Shown here: positions 15,905-24,724 of the stretch, one piece after another
Layout: every line of letters begins with the position of its first letter
Numbering within the stretch: position 1 is the first letter of the stretch
DNA from: Sphingomonadales bacterium
Lineage (GTDB): Bacteria; Pseudomonadota; Alphaproteobacteria; Sphingomonadales; Sphingomonadaceae
Direction of reading: 5' to 3'
NCBI GenBank assembly: GCA_025360285.1
Contig: JANYCM010000266.1
Coordinates: forward strand, 1 to 46,654
DNA length: 46,654 nt
The notes under the pieces: model-generated
Database searches by the model: none
Told to the model about the DNA's origin: nothing
What the model saw: only the letters and a program-made list of their open reading frames with translations
Position numbers and translations under genes: made by a program

Positions 15905-16043
15905 CTTCCTCTCCCGCTTGCGGGACAGGCGACTCGCGCGCCAGCGCGGCGGGTGAGGGTGTTTACTGGTCCCGACGCGAGCCGACACCCTCACCCGGGC
16001 CGACTGCGCCGTCTCTGGCCTCTCCCACAAGCGGGAGAGGAAG
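15905..16043. repeat. Palindromic intergenic repeat element, copy 2 (~139 bp)
   Basis: CTTCCTCTCCCGCTTGCGGGACAGGCGACTCGCG...GGGTGAGGGTGT...ACACCCTCACCC...CAAGCGGGAGAGGAAG; colinear with copy 1 and in the same orientation; GACTC at 15931. Confidence 0.85.
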
Positions 16044-16064
16044 GTTTCAGAGCGCAACGAACGC

Positions 16065-16637
16065 CTAATCCAGCTTGACCCCATGCCGCGCCAATAAAGG
16101 CGCCTGCGCCACCGCAAAGACCATCGTCGCCGCCGTTGCGCCCCAGACCTTGGCATTGATCCATTGGTCGGTCGTCAATATCTGCCGCAATACTTCATTG
16201 CTGATCGCCATGGCGATGAAGAACAGCGCCCAATTACGTGTCAACTTGGCCCAGCCGGCGTCATCGAGCGACGGCAGCGCCTCGCCCAGCACCAGCTTCA
16301 GGGTCGGCCGTCCGGTGACCAGGCCAAAACCCAGGATAACGGCGAACATGCCATAAATGAGGGTCGGTTTGACCTTGATGAAGGTCTCATCCTGCAACCA
16401 CAGGGTCAGCCCGCCGAACAGCAGGACGATGATGCCGGTCAGTATCAGCATCGCCGGTATGTGCCTGGTTTTCCACCAGGAAATCGCCATCGCCAGCACC
16501 GTGGCAACCATGAAGGCGCCGGTGCCGACAAACACGCCGCCGAATTTGCTGGCACCGAAAAACACCAGCAACGGCCCGAAATCCAGCGCCAGCTTGAGGG
16601 CAGTCGGCAGGGGAGGGCGGCGAACACGCGGAGACAT
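16065..16637 (-). CDS. yciB: Inner-membrane protein YciB/IspZ (septation protein A)
   Basis: LDFGPLLVFF, FGGLTLWLQDETFIKVKPTL, W..LTRNWALFF and NE motifs. Confidence 0.9.
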   Translation of the reverse strand: MSPRVRRPPLPTALKLALDFGPLLVFFGASKFGGVFVGTGAFMVATVLAMAISWWKTRHIPAMLILTGIIVLLFGGLTLWLQDETFIKVKPTLIYGMFAVILGFGLVTGRPTLKLVLGEALPSLDDAGWAKLTRNWALFFIAMAISNEVLRQILTTDQWINAKVWGATAATMVFAVAQAPLLARHGVKLD

Positions 16638-16717
16638 TCGCCCGCCTGTAACGGCTTTTGCGCGGTAGCGGAACCACTGGTTTGCGGCGGCGCCGATCGC
16701 ACGCTAGCGTGACTTTC

Positions 16718-17305
16718 GTGTCGCCAATCCCGCCAGAACCGCTCATCGCTCATGGTCTCGCCTGCCGCCGCGGTGGGCGGTTGCTGTTCGAAGGCGTTGA
16801 TTTCACGGTCAATCCCGGCGGCGCCCTGGTGCTGGAAGGCCCCAACGGCAGCGGCAAATCCAGCCTGTTGCGGCTGCTCGCCGGGCTGCTCGAACCCGCC
16901 GGCGGCAACATCTCCGGCGGCGGCGCGCGCGCCTATCTCGGCCATGATGCCGCGCTGAAGCCCCGCCTGCCGCTGGGCAATGATCTGGCCTATTGGGCGC
17001 GGCTTGATGACGGCCTGGACCGGCTGCCGGCGGCCATGGCGGCGATGAACGTCGCCGGCCTTGCCGCCGTGCCCTGCCAGCATCTGTCCGCCGGGCAACG
17101 CCGCCGTGCCGGGCTGGCGCGGGTCGTCGCCAGTGGGGCGCCACTCTGGCTGCTCGACGAACCGACTGCGGGGCTGGATGCTGCCTCTGAACAATTGCTC
17201 GTCGCTGCCGCCGCGCAGCACCGCGCCGACGGCGGCATGATCGTGGCGGCGGTGCACGGCGATATCGGACTCATGGCGCCCCAGCTTTTGCGGCTCGGCC
17301 AATGA
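16718..17305 (+). CDS. ccmA: Heme exporter ATP-binding protein CcmA
   Basis: LACRRGGRLLF, Walker A GPNGSGKS, LSAGQRRR, LWLLDEP. Start codon uncertain (GTG 16709 or 16718). Confidence 0.88.
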   Translation: MSPIPPEPLIAHGLACRRGGRLLFEGVDFTVNPGGALVLEGPNGSGKSSLLRLLAGLLEPAGGNISGGGARAYLGHDAALKPRLPLGNDLAYWARLDDGLDRLPAAMAAMNVAGLAAVPCQHLSAGQRRRAGLARVVASGAPLWLLDEPTAGLDAASEQLLVAAAAQHRADGGMIVAAVHGDIGLMAPQLLRLGQ

Positions 17306-17931
17306 TGTTCGTCATGCTTGTCGGGCGTGATCTGCGGCTGATCGCCCGCTCGCCGGCGCTGTGGATGCCGGTGATGTTCTTCGTGCTGGTGGCGGCGCTG
17401 TTTCCCTTTGCCGTCGGCCCCGATGCACGGCTGCTTGGCCGTATCGCACCGGGCATCATCTGGGTGGCGGCGCTGCTGGCGGCGTTGTTGCCCGTCGAAA
17501 CCCTGTTCGCGCCGGATCTGGAGGACGGCACGATCGATCAATTGGCCAGCCGCGGCATCGCCATGGAAGTCGTCGCGGCGGCGCGGCTGACGGCGCATTG
17601 GCTGGGCTTCACCGTGCCGCTGCTGCTCGCCTTGCCGGTCGCCGCTGTGCTGGTCGGCATGGATGGCGCCACCGGCTGGCGACTGGCGCAGGCGCTGCTG
17701 CTCGGAACTCCGGCGCTGGCGGCGCTGGCGGTGATTGCGGCCGCGCTGACCGCCGGCCTGCGCGGTGGCGGCGCGCTCGCCGGGCTGATCATCCTGCCGC
17801 TGGCGCTGCCGGTGCTGATCTTCGGCGTCGGCGCGGCGACGCCGGGGGCGCTCAAGCTGTTGGCAGCGTCCAGCCTGGTGGCCGTGGCAATCGCACCGTT
17901 CGCGGCGGCGGCGGCGCTGCGGGGCGAATGA
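17302..17931 (+). CDS. ccmB: Heme exporter permease CcmB
   Basis: FPFAVGPD..LL.RIAPGIIWVAALLA, DLEDGTIDQL, LPLALPVLIFG. Confidence 0.9.
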   Translation: MMFVMLVGRDLRLIARSPALWMPVMFFVLVAALFPFAVGPDARLLGRIAPGIIWVAALLAALLPVETLFAPDLEDGTIDQLASRGIAMEVVAAARLTAHWLGFTVPLLLALPVAAVLVGMDGATGWRLAQALLLGTPALAALAVIAAALTAGLRGGGALAGLIILPLALPVLIFGVGAATPGALKLLAASSLVAVAIAPFAAAAALRGE

Positions 17932-17947
17932 TCCGGTGCAGGACCCT

Positions 17948-17971
17948 GTCCCCGCCGACGACGACGGGGAC
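17948..17971. terminator. Hairpin between convergent ccmB and the TonB-dependent receptor gene
   Basis: GTCCCCG-N10-CGGGGAC inverted repeat; no clear U tail. Confidence 0.4.
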
Positions 17972-17982
17972 GCCACGCCAAA

Positions 17983-20328
17983 TCAGAAGCGATAACCGAT
18001 GCTGGCCCCGATCAGGCGGCGGTTGGCGCCTGTCACGAGGGGCGACGACACCGAATAATTGACTGAATCGAAGAAGCGGACCGCCGCCACCGGGGTCGCC
18101 ACGTCAAAGACATTGTTGGCGAAGGCCTGGAGGGTGAGGCCGTTCCAGCGTACCGCGGCGCGCAGATCGACACTGGTGAAGCTGCCGAAGCTTTGCAGAT
18201 TGTCGGCCCGCACGAAGGACTGCGACTGATATTGCACATCGCCGCGCAGTTCCAGGGTCGCCTTGTCACCCAGCGGTACGGTGATCTTGGGGCTGACCGT
18301 CAGTTTGTGATCGGGCACATAGGGCAGATGCTTGCCGTCGAAGCTGATCGCCGGCAGCCCGGCCAGCGCCAGGGTCTGCGCCAGCGAATCATCGATGAAA
18401 CGGGTGTAGCGCGCATGGGTATAGGCGTAATTGCCCGACAGGGTGAACCAGTCGGTCAGCTTTGCCGCCAGTTCAACTTCGGCACCATAGACATGCGACG
18501 CCGCGACATTGCAGGTATAGGTGCGGTTGGTCGATGAACCACCGGCAGCGACCGGGGCCTGGCAGGCGGCCTGCTGGTTCAGCCAGTTCATGTAATAGCC
18601 GGCGACGTTGAAGCGCAGGCGCCGATCGAACAGGTCGCTTTTGTAACCCACTTCGAAATTATTGCTGTATTCGGGCTTGTAGGTGTTGTTGCCCTGGATG
18701 TTGAGGCCGGTGTTGAAGCCGCCGGTCTTGGCGCCGCGAGCAAAGCTGGCATAGACCATCTTGCTGTCGTCGATCTTGTAATCGAGGATCAGGCGCGGCG
18801 TTGCAAAGTTGAAGTTCAGGCTGTCCGGCGCGCGCAGGGCCGCCGGTCCATTGATGCCGGCCGCGTTGACGAAGACCTGGCTGTAGGTCTGCTTTTCATA
18901 TTCGTAGCGCAATTCGCCGGTCAGGCTCAGCGCCTCGGTCATATGCCAGGTGCCCGACGCAAACAGCGACACCGAACTCGTGCCCACCGACGTCTTGGGG
19001 TATTTGTAATTGGCGGCGGCGGTCGTGTAGTCGGTAATGGCCAGCGTGCCCGGGATGGTGATGCCGCGATCGGTGCCAACGGTGACGTTGTCATAATAGA
19101 ATAGACCGATCAGCCAATCGACCTTGTTCTTGCCCGTTGATGCGAGGCGGAATTCCTGGCTCCAGTCGCGCAGATAGCCGATGTTCGATGACAGGGCGAA
19201 ATCGCTCTTGCCCAGCGGGATCGCCGGCGCGAATGGGAAGCCGAAGTTCGGGCAGCCACCGGTGCGGTCGCAGATCGTGTTGTCGCCATCAAAGGTATAT
19301 TCGGCGTTGCGCTTGGCGAAGGCCGTGATCGAGGTCAGCACCGCGCCGCCGAAATCATATTCCAGCGTGGCGCTGGCGCGGATCGATTCTTCGCGGTCGC
19401 CATAGCTCTTGCCAGGCAGGCCAGGCACCGACGCGGTGTTGACCGTCACGCCATTGGTGGCGATATCGGGGACCTGGCCGATGTAGAGCAGGTTGCGTTG
19501 CTGCGACGCCGATCCGCCCGATGGGGTGCCGAGCGCGCTGTTGTTGCGGATGACGCTGGAGGGCGGCTGGCCATTGTCTTCCTTGGAATAGCTGACGCGC
19601 AGCGTGGCGGTGAAATTTTCGGTCGGGGTCAGTTCGATGGTGCCGATACCACCGTAATTCTTGGCGAAATCGACCTTACCGCCGTCAATGGCACTGGTGT
19701 ACCAGCCATCGAATTCACGATAGAAACCGCCGACACGGACCCGCACCTTGTCGGTGATCGGCGCGCTTATGCTGCCGGCGATCTTGTGCAGGCCCTTGTC
19801 GCCGATCGTGCCTTCGATATTGCCGGTCAGCACGTCCGACGGCCGCTGCGTGACATAGTTGATGGCGCCGGCAAAGGTGTTGCGGCCATACAGCGCCGAT
19901 TGCGGGCCCTTGACGACTTCGATGCGTGCCAGATCATTCAATTCCAGATCGACGCCAGCCTTGCCCGAAAGATAGATACCATCAAGAAACACCCCGACGT
20001 TGAGCTGGCCAAGCGTCTGGGCGACACCGCGGATGATCGGCAACTGGTTCTGGGCACCAAAAAGCGGCGTATAGTTGAGGCCGGGGGTCAGCTTGGCGAG
20101 ATCGGCGATGCGCTCGATCCGCGCCGATTTTATGTCGGCGCTGTCAAAGGCGGAGATGGCGATCGGCACATCCTGGAGCTTTTCAACACGCTTGCGGGCG
20201 GTGACGATGATCTCGGTATCGCCGGTATCGCTGCTGGCAGCGGCCGCCACTTGTTGGGCCAGGGTCGGGGCGGCGTACAGCGGTACCAGCGCGGTGGCGG
20301 CAAGCAACAGGATGCGGGACTTCACCAT
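17983..20328 (-). CDS. TonB-dependent receptor
   Basis: Signal peptide, EIIVTARKRVEKLQDVPIAISAF, IEVVKGPQSALYGRNTFAGAINYVT, terminal aromatic strand (GYRF); GAGG RBS before ATG 20328. Confidence 0.93.
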   Translation of the reverse strand: MVKSRILLLAATALVPLYAAPTLAQQVAAAASSDTGDTEIIVTARKRVEKLQDVPIAISAFDSADIKSARIERIADLAKLTPGLNYTPLFGAQNQLPIIRGVAQTLGQLNVGVFLDGIYLSGKAGVDLELNDLARIEVVKGPQSALYGRNTFAGAINYVTQRPSDVLTGNIEGTIGDKGLHKIAGSISAPITDKVRVRVGGFYREFDGWYTSAIDGGKVDFAKNYGGIGTIELTPTENFTATLRVSYSKEDNGQPPSSVIRNNSALGTPSGGSASQQRNLLYIGQVPDIATNGVTVNTASVPGLPGKSYGDREESIRASATLEYDFGGAVLTSITAFAKRNAEYTFDGDNTICDRTGGCPNFGFPFAPAIPLGKSDFALSSNIGYLRDWSQEFRLASTGKNKVDWLIGLFYYDNVTVGTDRGITIPGTLAITDYTTAAANYKYPKTSVGTSSVSLFASGTWHMTEALSLTGELRYEYEKQTYSQVFVNAAGINGPAALRAPDSLNFNFATPRLILDYKIDDSKMVYASFARGAKTGGFNTGLNIQGNNTYKPEYSNNFEVGYKSDLFDRRLRFNVAGYYMNWLNQQAACQAPVAAGGSSTNRTYTCNVAASHVYGAEVELAAKLTDWFTLSGNYAYTHARYTRFIDDSLAQTLALAGLPAISFDGKHLPYVPDHKLTVSPKITVPLGDKATLELRGDVQYQSQSFVRADNLQSFGSFTSVDLRAAVRWNGLTLQAFANNVFDVATPVAAVRFFDSVNYSVSSPLVTGANRRLIGASIGYRF

Positions 20329-20704
20329 GGTCAACCTCGTCAATCACGAACGTTATGCTGACGTCACGTGATAGTGGTGCGGCAAAGTTGTCCAGACAAA
20401 TTGTCCGCGACGACCGTCAACAATCGATAGGTGTGGCGAAAATGCCGCACCCGGTGCTCCGTCAGGCGATGATTTGCAGCGGCATTTTGCCAGGTCGTGC
20501 TGCCGGACCATGCGCCTGGCCTTTGGCCCCCGGCCTTCCGGATTGCTATCAATACTCGAAAAATATTGACTATTATGGAATTCGTCGCGGCAACGGGCCG
20601 GATTCGTACGTCGCCAATCGTTTGCATTCGCGGCGCCAGGCGACGGCCGTTGGAAAAACTTACCAAACGGTCAGTTGGTACCAATGTCCGGTTTTGGCGC
20701 CTGT

Positions 20705-21190
20705 TCAACCAAAAGGCTGGTTGAGCGCCACCACCGCCTCATTCAACGCGCCGGCAAAGCTGACCCACAGCAGATAGGGCAGCAGCAACCAGGCGGCGAG
20801 GCGCGAAAACCGCCAGCAGACAAGGATCAGCGCGGCGATCGACGCCCATAACAGCCAAACCTCCCACGCCGCGAGGTCCGGGCGGTGAGCGCGGAAGAAC
20901 AGGAAGCTCCACAACAGGTTGAGAAAGCCGTTGAGGGCGAACATGCCAAGCACCGTCGATGCCGTGTCGCGCGTCGGCGCCGCCATCCAGGCGGTCGTCG
21001 CCGAAATCGCGCACAGGCCGAAGATCAAGGTCCAGGCCGGGCCAAAGGCGATATCGGGGGGTGCCCAACTGGGTTGCACCAGCTCATGATACCAGGGCCC
21101 AAGCTGCGTGATCGTCGCCCCCAGCGCGGCGATCAACGACGTGGTCAGCGCCGCAACCGACGCCGGCAAAAGCCAGCGGCCGGGGTTCAC
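20705..21190 (-). CDS. tspO: Tryptophan-rich sensory protein TspO/CrtK
   Basis: WYHELVQPSWAPPDIAFGPAWT, LNLLWSFLFF, LLPYLLWVSFA. Confidence 0.92.
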   Translation of the reverse strand: MNPGRWLLPASVAALTTSLIAALGATITQLGPWYHELVQPSWAPPDIAFGPAWTLIFGLCAISATTAWMAAPTRDTASTVLGMFALNGFLNLLWSFLFFRAHRPDLAAWEVWLLWASIAALILVCWRFSRLAAWLLLPYLLWVSFAGALNEAVVALNQPFG

Positions 21191-21215
21191 CCCGGCCTCC
21201 GCAGCGTCGCCCGGA

Positions 21216-22439
21216 TCATGCCTGGGGCGTGACCGCCGCCTTGCGCCCCGAAAACAGCGCGCCGATCAATTGCGTCGTGTCCTTCAGGAAGATGCGAACA
21301 TGCGCCATCGGCCGTTTGCGGACCAATTCCTTGTTCATATAGGCTTCCCAGGTCAGCTGCTGGATATCGGGGTCGCGGCACAGCTTCACAAAGCGCTCGC
21401 GCATATTATCGCTGCGATACCAGAACCATTGCATCAGGCCGAGCACCAGGAACACCTGGCCATGCGCCTTCATGAAGCGCTTGCGTGCCTGTTTGAGCGC
21501 GGCGGGGTCACCGGTCTTCAGGAACAGGGCGGCGGCATCGGCGGCCATCCGCCCGGCGGTCATGGCATAATAAATGCCTTCGCCCGAGGCCGGCGCCACC
21601 ACGCCGGCCGCATCGCCGGCGACGACGACATCCTTGCCATTGTCCCAGCGTTTGCGGGGTTTCAGCGGGATTGGTGCGCCTTCGACCCGGATGGTCTTGA
21701 AACCATCAAGCCCGGTCTGTTCGCGCAGCCGGGCAACGGCATCGCGCATGGCGAAACCCTTGACGGCGCTGCCGACGCCAACGCTGGTCTTGTCGCCGTG
21801 CGGGAAGATCCAGGCGTAGAAATCCGGCGACAAATGGCCCTGATAATAGATGTCGCAGCGGCCACCTTCGAACCCGCGAAAGCCTTCCGGCGGTGATTCG
21901 ATGACTTCATGATAGGCCGAAACGAACGGCACTTTTTCATTGGCCGGCAGGGCGGCGCGGGCGACGCCGGAATTGCCGCCATCGCAGCCGATGATGACGC
22001 GGCCGCGCACTCGCACTGGCTCACTGCCGCGCGCCATGCCCTTGGGGCGATAGGCAATGACGGCAGTGCCATCGGCATCGCGTTCCAGATCCTCGAAAGT
22101 GCCGTCGATGCGCGTTGCACCATTGGTCGTGGCGCGCACCCGCAGCCATTCATCGAAGATATCGCGGTCCACCAGCCCGACAAAGCCATCGCCGACCGGC
22201 ATGTCGACCGCCTTGTTCGACGGCGCGATCATCCGCGCCGAGGTGGCGCGGGCGCACAACTGATCGACCGGCACGTCGAAATCCTTTAAGAGCCGCGGCG
22301 GCACCGCCCCGCCGCACGGCTTGATGCGCCCGGCGCGATCGAGCAGCAGCACCTTGTGCCCGGCGCGGGCCAGATCATCGGCGGCAGTGGCACCCGATGG
22401 GCCCCCGCCCACTACAATGGCGTCGTACAGATCGGTCAT
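21216..22439 (-). CDS. bchP: Geranylgeranyl-BChl reductase
   Basis: VVGGGPSGATAA, RIKPCGGAVPPRL, SPDFYAWIFPHG, GDAAG.V.PASGEGIYYA. Confidence 0.95.
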   Translation of the reverse strand: MTDLYDAIVVGGGPSGATAADDLARAGHKVLLLDRAGRIKPCGGAVPPRLLKDFDVPVDQLCARATSARMIAPSNKAVDMPVGDGFVGLVDRDIFDEWLRVRATTNGATRIDGTFEDLERDADGTAVIAYRPKGMARGSEPVRVRGRVIIGCDGGNSGVARAALPANEKVPFVSAYHEVIESPPEGFRGFEGGRCDIYYQGHLSPDFYAWIFPHGDKTSVGVGSAVKGFAMRDAVARLREQTGLDGFKTIRVEGAPIPLKPRKRWDNGKDVVVAGDAAGVVAPASGEGIYYAMTAGRMAADAAALFLKTGDPAALKQARKRFMKAHGQVFLVLGLMQWFWYRSDNMRERFVKLCRDPDIQQLTWEAYMNKELVRKRPMAHVRIFLKDTTQLIGALFSGRKAAVTPQA

Positions 22440-23746
22440 GCGATGGCCTCCCTCATGCTTATGGCTTTGTTGTCATTCAGGCGCAGTGCGATCAATGCCG
22501 CGCCCAGGAACATTATCGCTTCGGCGGCGAACACCATTTCGAAGGCCGGTGCGTCGGCGCCGAACAAATGGCGGCCGACATCGACGGCGCTGGCACCGCA
22601 AAAGCCGCCGATGCCAAACGCCGCCGCCTGCGCCGCGCCCCACAGCCCCATACGAATCCCCTCATGGCCCGGCCCGCCGCGCCCCGCCAGATCGAGCATC
22701 GCGCCGATCGCCGCAACGGCAAAGACGCCATTGGCAAAGCCCATGATGAACACCGTCGGCGCCAGCGGCCAGGCCGGGCCGACGGTCGCGGCCATCGCCA
22801 GCGCGGCGAGCGCGGCGGCCGAAGCGATGCAGCCACCAACGATCCAACGCTTCAATTTCAACCCGGCCTTGCCGCCAAAACCATGGCCGCCGAGGCCGAC
22901 AAGGATCATGCCGAGCAGCACGCCCTGATGCTGGGTGCCCGACAATGATGTCGATTGCCCCGGCGTCAGACCGAAGATCAGCCCTGAAAACGGCTCCAGG
23001 ATCAGGTCTTGCGTCGAATAGGCCAGCATCGAGACAAACACGAAAATGCTGAACAGCCGTGTCACCGGATCATCCCAGATGCCGCGCAGCGCGTCACCAA
23101 AGGCCACTGGCGGCCCGGCGGGCTTCTCTGCTATCGGCGCGTTCCGGCCTTCGATGCCGATAACCCCCAGACAGGCGACCACAAACGCCGATCCGGCTAC
23201 ACCGATTGACACCTGCAACAGGCGGTCGGGCGAAAAGGGTTCCAGCAGCTTGCCGGCAATCCCCGCCGTCACGACAATACCCAGGATCATCATGATCCAG
23301 GTCAGCGAGGCTGCGGCGGGCCGCCGCGCCTCGGCGGTACGGGTCGCCAGCAGCGCCAGCAGCGATGTGCCGGCGGCGCCAACCCCCAGCCCGATCATCG
23401 CATAGGCCAGGATCGACAGCGCCAGCGCCGCGCCGAACGGCCCGTTCAGCATGATTGTCGCCTGGGTGGCCAGCACGCCGCCCAACGCCAGCACTGCCAT
23501 GCCGCCGATGATCCACGGCGTCCGCCGCCAGCCGCTGTCAGATCCATGGCCCCATTTCGGCCGGCTGAGTTGCACCGCATAATGAAAGGCGACCAGCCCG
23601 GCCGGCAAGGTCGCGGCCTGGCTGTATTCAACAACCATCACCCGGTTGAGCAGCGACGACGCCAACATCACGACGGCGCCAATGGCGCTCTGCACCAGCC
23701 CCAGCCGGGCAATCCCGGCCCAGGATAGCGGCGCCGGTGCCGTCAC
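22436..23746 (-). CDS. PucC-related BCD-family MFS protein (between bchG and bchP)
   Basis: RLGLVQSAIGA..LNRVMVVE, QDLILEPF, MGLWGAAQA; multiple TM helices. Confidence 0.88.
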   Translation of the reverse strand: MTAPAPLSWAGIARLGLVQSAIGAVVMLASSLLNRVMVVEYSQAATLPAGLVAFHYAVQLSRPKWGHGSDSGWRRTPWIIGGMAVLALGGVLATQATIMLNGPFGAALALSILAYAMIGLGVGAAGTSLLALLATRTAEARRPAAASLTWIMMILGIVVTAGIAGKLLEPFSPDRLLQVSIGVAGSAFVVACLGVIGIEGRNAPIAEKPAGPPVAFGDALRGIWDDPVTRLFSIFVFVSMLAYSTQDLILEPFSGLIFGLTPGQSTSLSGTQHQGVLLGMILVGLGGHGFGGKAGLKLKRWIVGGCIASAAALAALAMAATVGPAWPLAPTVFIMGFANGVFAVAAIGAMLDLAGRGGPGHEGIRMGLWGAAQAAAFGIGGFCGASAVDVGRHLFGADAPAFEMVFAAEAIMFLGAALIALRLNDNKAISMREAIA

Positions 23747-24648
23747 GCCGCCAGTGCCTTCAGGCCAAAGGCCGATACCAGCATCCCCAGCACATACAGC
23801 GACGTACCCGTGGCATTATAGAAGGGCGCATTCTTCGCCGGATCAGCGAGCAGTTTCTGCATCATCAGAAACTGGCAGGCGATCGACAGCATGACGAGCG
23901 CCGCCGGGAAAATCGCCCCCCAGCGGGCCAGCAACACAGCGACGACTAACTGCGGAATCGCCATGGTGAAGCAGGCGACCAGCGCCGCGCGGTCAACCCC
24001 CAGGATGACCGGCAACGACCGCACATTGCTGACGCGATCGCCCGCCACTGCCTTGAAATCATTGAGTACCATGATGCCATGCGCGCCGGTGGCATAAAGC
24101 GCCAGCACCGCGATGATCCGGCCATCGGGGACGCCGCCGACCATCACGGCGGCGCCGGTAAACCAGGTGAGGCCTTCATAGGCTGCGGCGCAGACGCCCG
24201 GACCCCACCAGCCATTGGCCTTGGCGCGGATCGGCGGCGCGCTGTAGATCCAGGCGAGAAACACCCCCAAAATGGTCGCGGCGCCAACCACCGGATTGAT
24301 CGCCCAGCCGACGATCAAAGAGATGATGGTGCCGGTAATAGCGATGTACAGGCCCCAGCGACCAGGAATGCGGCCCGATGGAATCGGGCGGCCGGGTTCG
24401 TTGATCGCATCAACATGTCGGTCAAACCAGTCATTGATCGCCTGGCTGTTGCCGCACACCAGCGGCCCGGCCAGCAGCATGCCGGCAACCAGGAAACCCC
24501 AGCGATCGGCCAGCGGCACGCCCGACGACACGACACCGCACATGAACGCCCACATCGGCGGAAACCAGGTCACCGGTTTCAGCAGTTCGAGCATATCGCG
24601 CGGGCGCGGAAAACGCCGTGAAGCAATCGGTAGAGCGGCCCCGTCCAT
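23743..24648 (-). CDS. bchG: Bacteriochlorophyll synthase
   Basis: ELLKPVTWFPPMWAF, NDWFDRHVDAINEP.RPIPSGR, LNDFKAV.GD; start at ATG 24648. Confidence 0.95.
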   Translation of the reverse strand: MDGAALPIASRRFPRPRDMLELLKPVTWFPPMWAFMCGVVSSGVPLADRWGFLVAGMLLAGPLVCGNSQAINDWFDRHVDAINEPGRPIPSGRIPGRWGLYIAITGTIISLIVGWAINPVVGAATILGVFLAWIYSAPPIRAKANGWWGPGVCAAAYEGLTWFTGAAVMVGGVPDGRIIAVLALYATGAHGIMVLNDFKAVAGDRVSNVRSLPVILGVDRAALVACFTMAIPQLVVAVLLARWGAIFPAALVMLSIACQFLMMQKLLADPAKNAPFYNATGTSLYVLGMLVSAFGLKALAA

Positions 24649-24652
24649 GAAG

Positions 24653-24670
24653 TGTAAGCTAGACTTGACA
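24653..24670. promoter_or_regulatory. PpsR/CrtJ operator at bchG
   Basis: TGT-AAGCTAGACTTG-ACA is a perfect TGT-N12-ACA, 4 bp from the bchG start codon. Confidence 0.85.
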
Positions 24671-24684
24671 CTTGGCAGCGTCAA
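24656..24684 (-). promoter_or_regulatory. Sigma70 promoter of bchG (predicts a leaderless transcript)
   Basis: Minus strand TTGACG-N17-TAGCTT-N7-ATG. Confidence 0.65.
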
Positions 24685-24724
24685 CGAAATTGGGCCTGAA
24701 AATCGCGTCATTTCGCGGCTTTTC

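Noticed and set aside
10686-16043. CRISPR array or IS/composite transposon interpretation of the repeats
   Set aside because: No regularly spaced repeat-spacer units, no cas or transposase gene, and no target-site duplication seen.
16718-17931. ccmAB without ccmC/D/E
   Set aside because: Split ccm loci are common in alphaproteobacteria; the other genes are probably elsewhere in the genome.
20344-20704. Cobalamin or TPP riboswitch upstream of the receptor next to the photosynthesis cluster
   Set aside because: I could not find B12-box or TPP consensus segments by eye; an Rfam scan is needed to exclude one fully.
20364-20777. 114-140 aa ORFs in the receptor-tspO intergenic region
   Set aside because: Atypical composition, no recognisable motif, and they overlap likely regulatory sequence.
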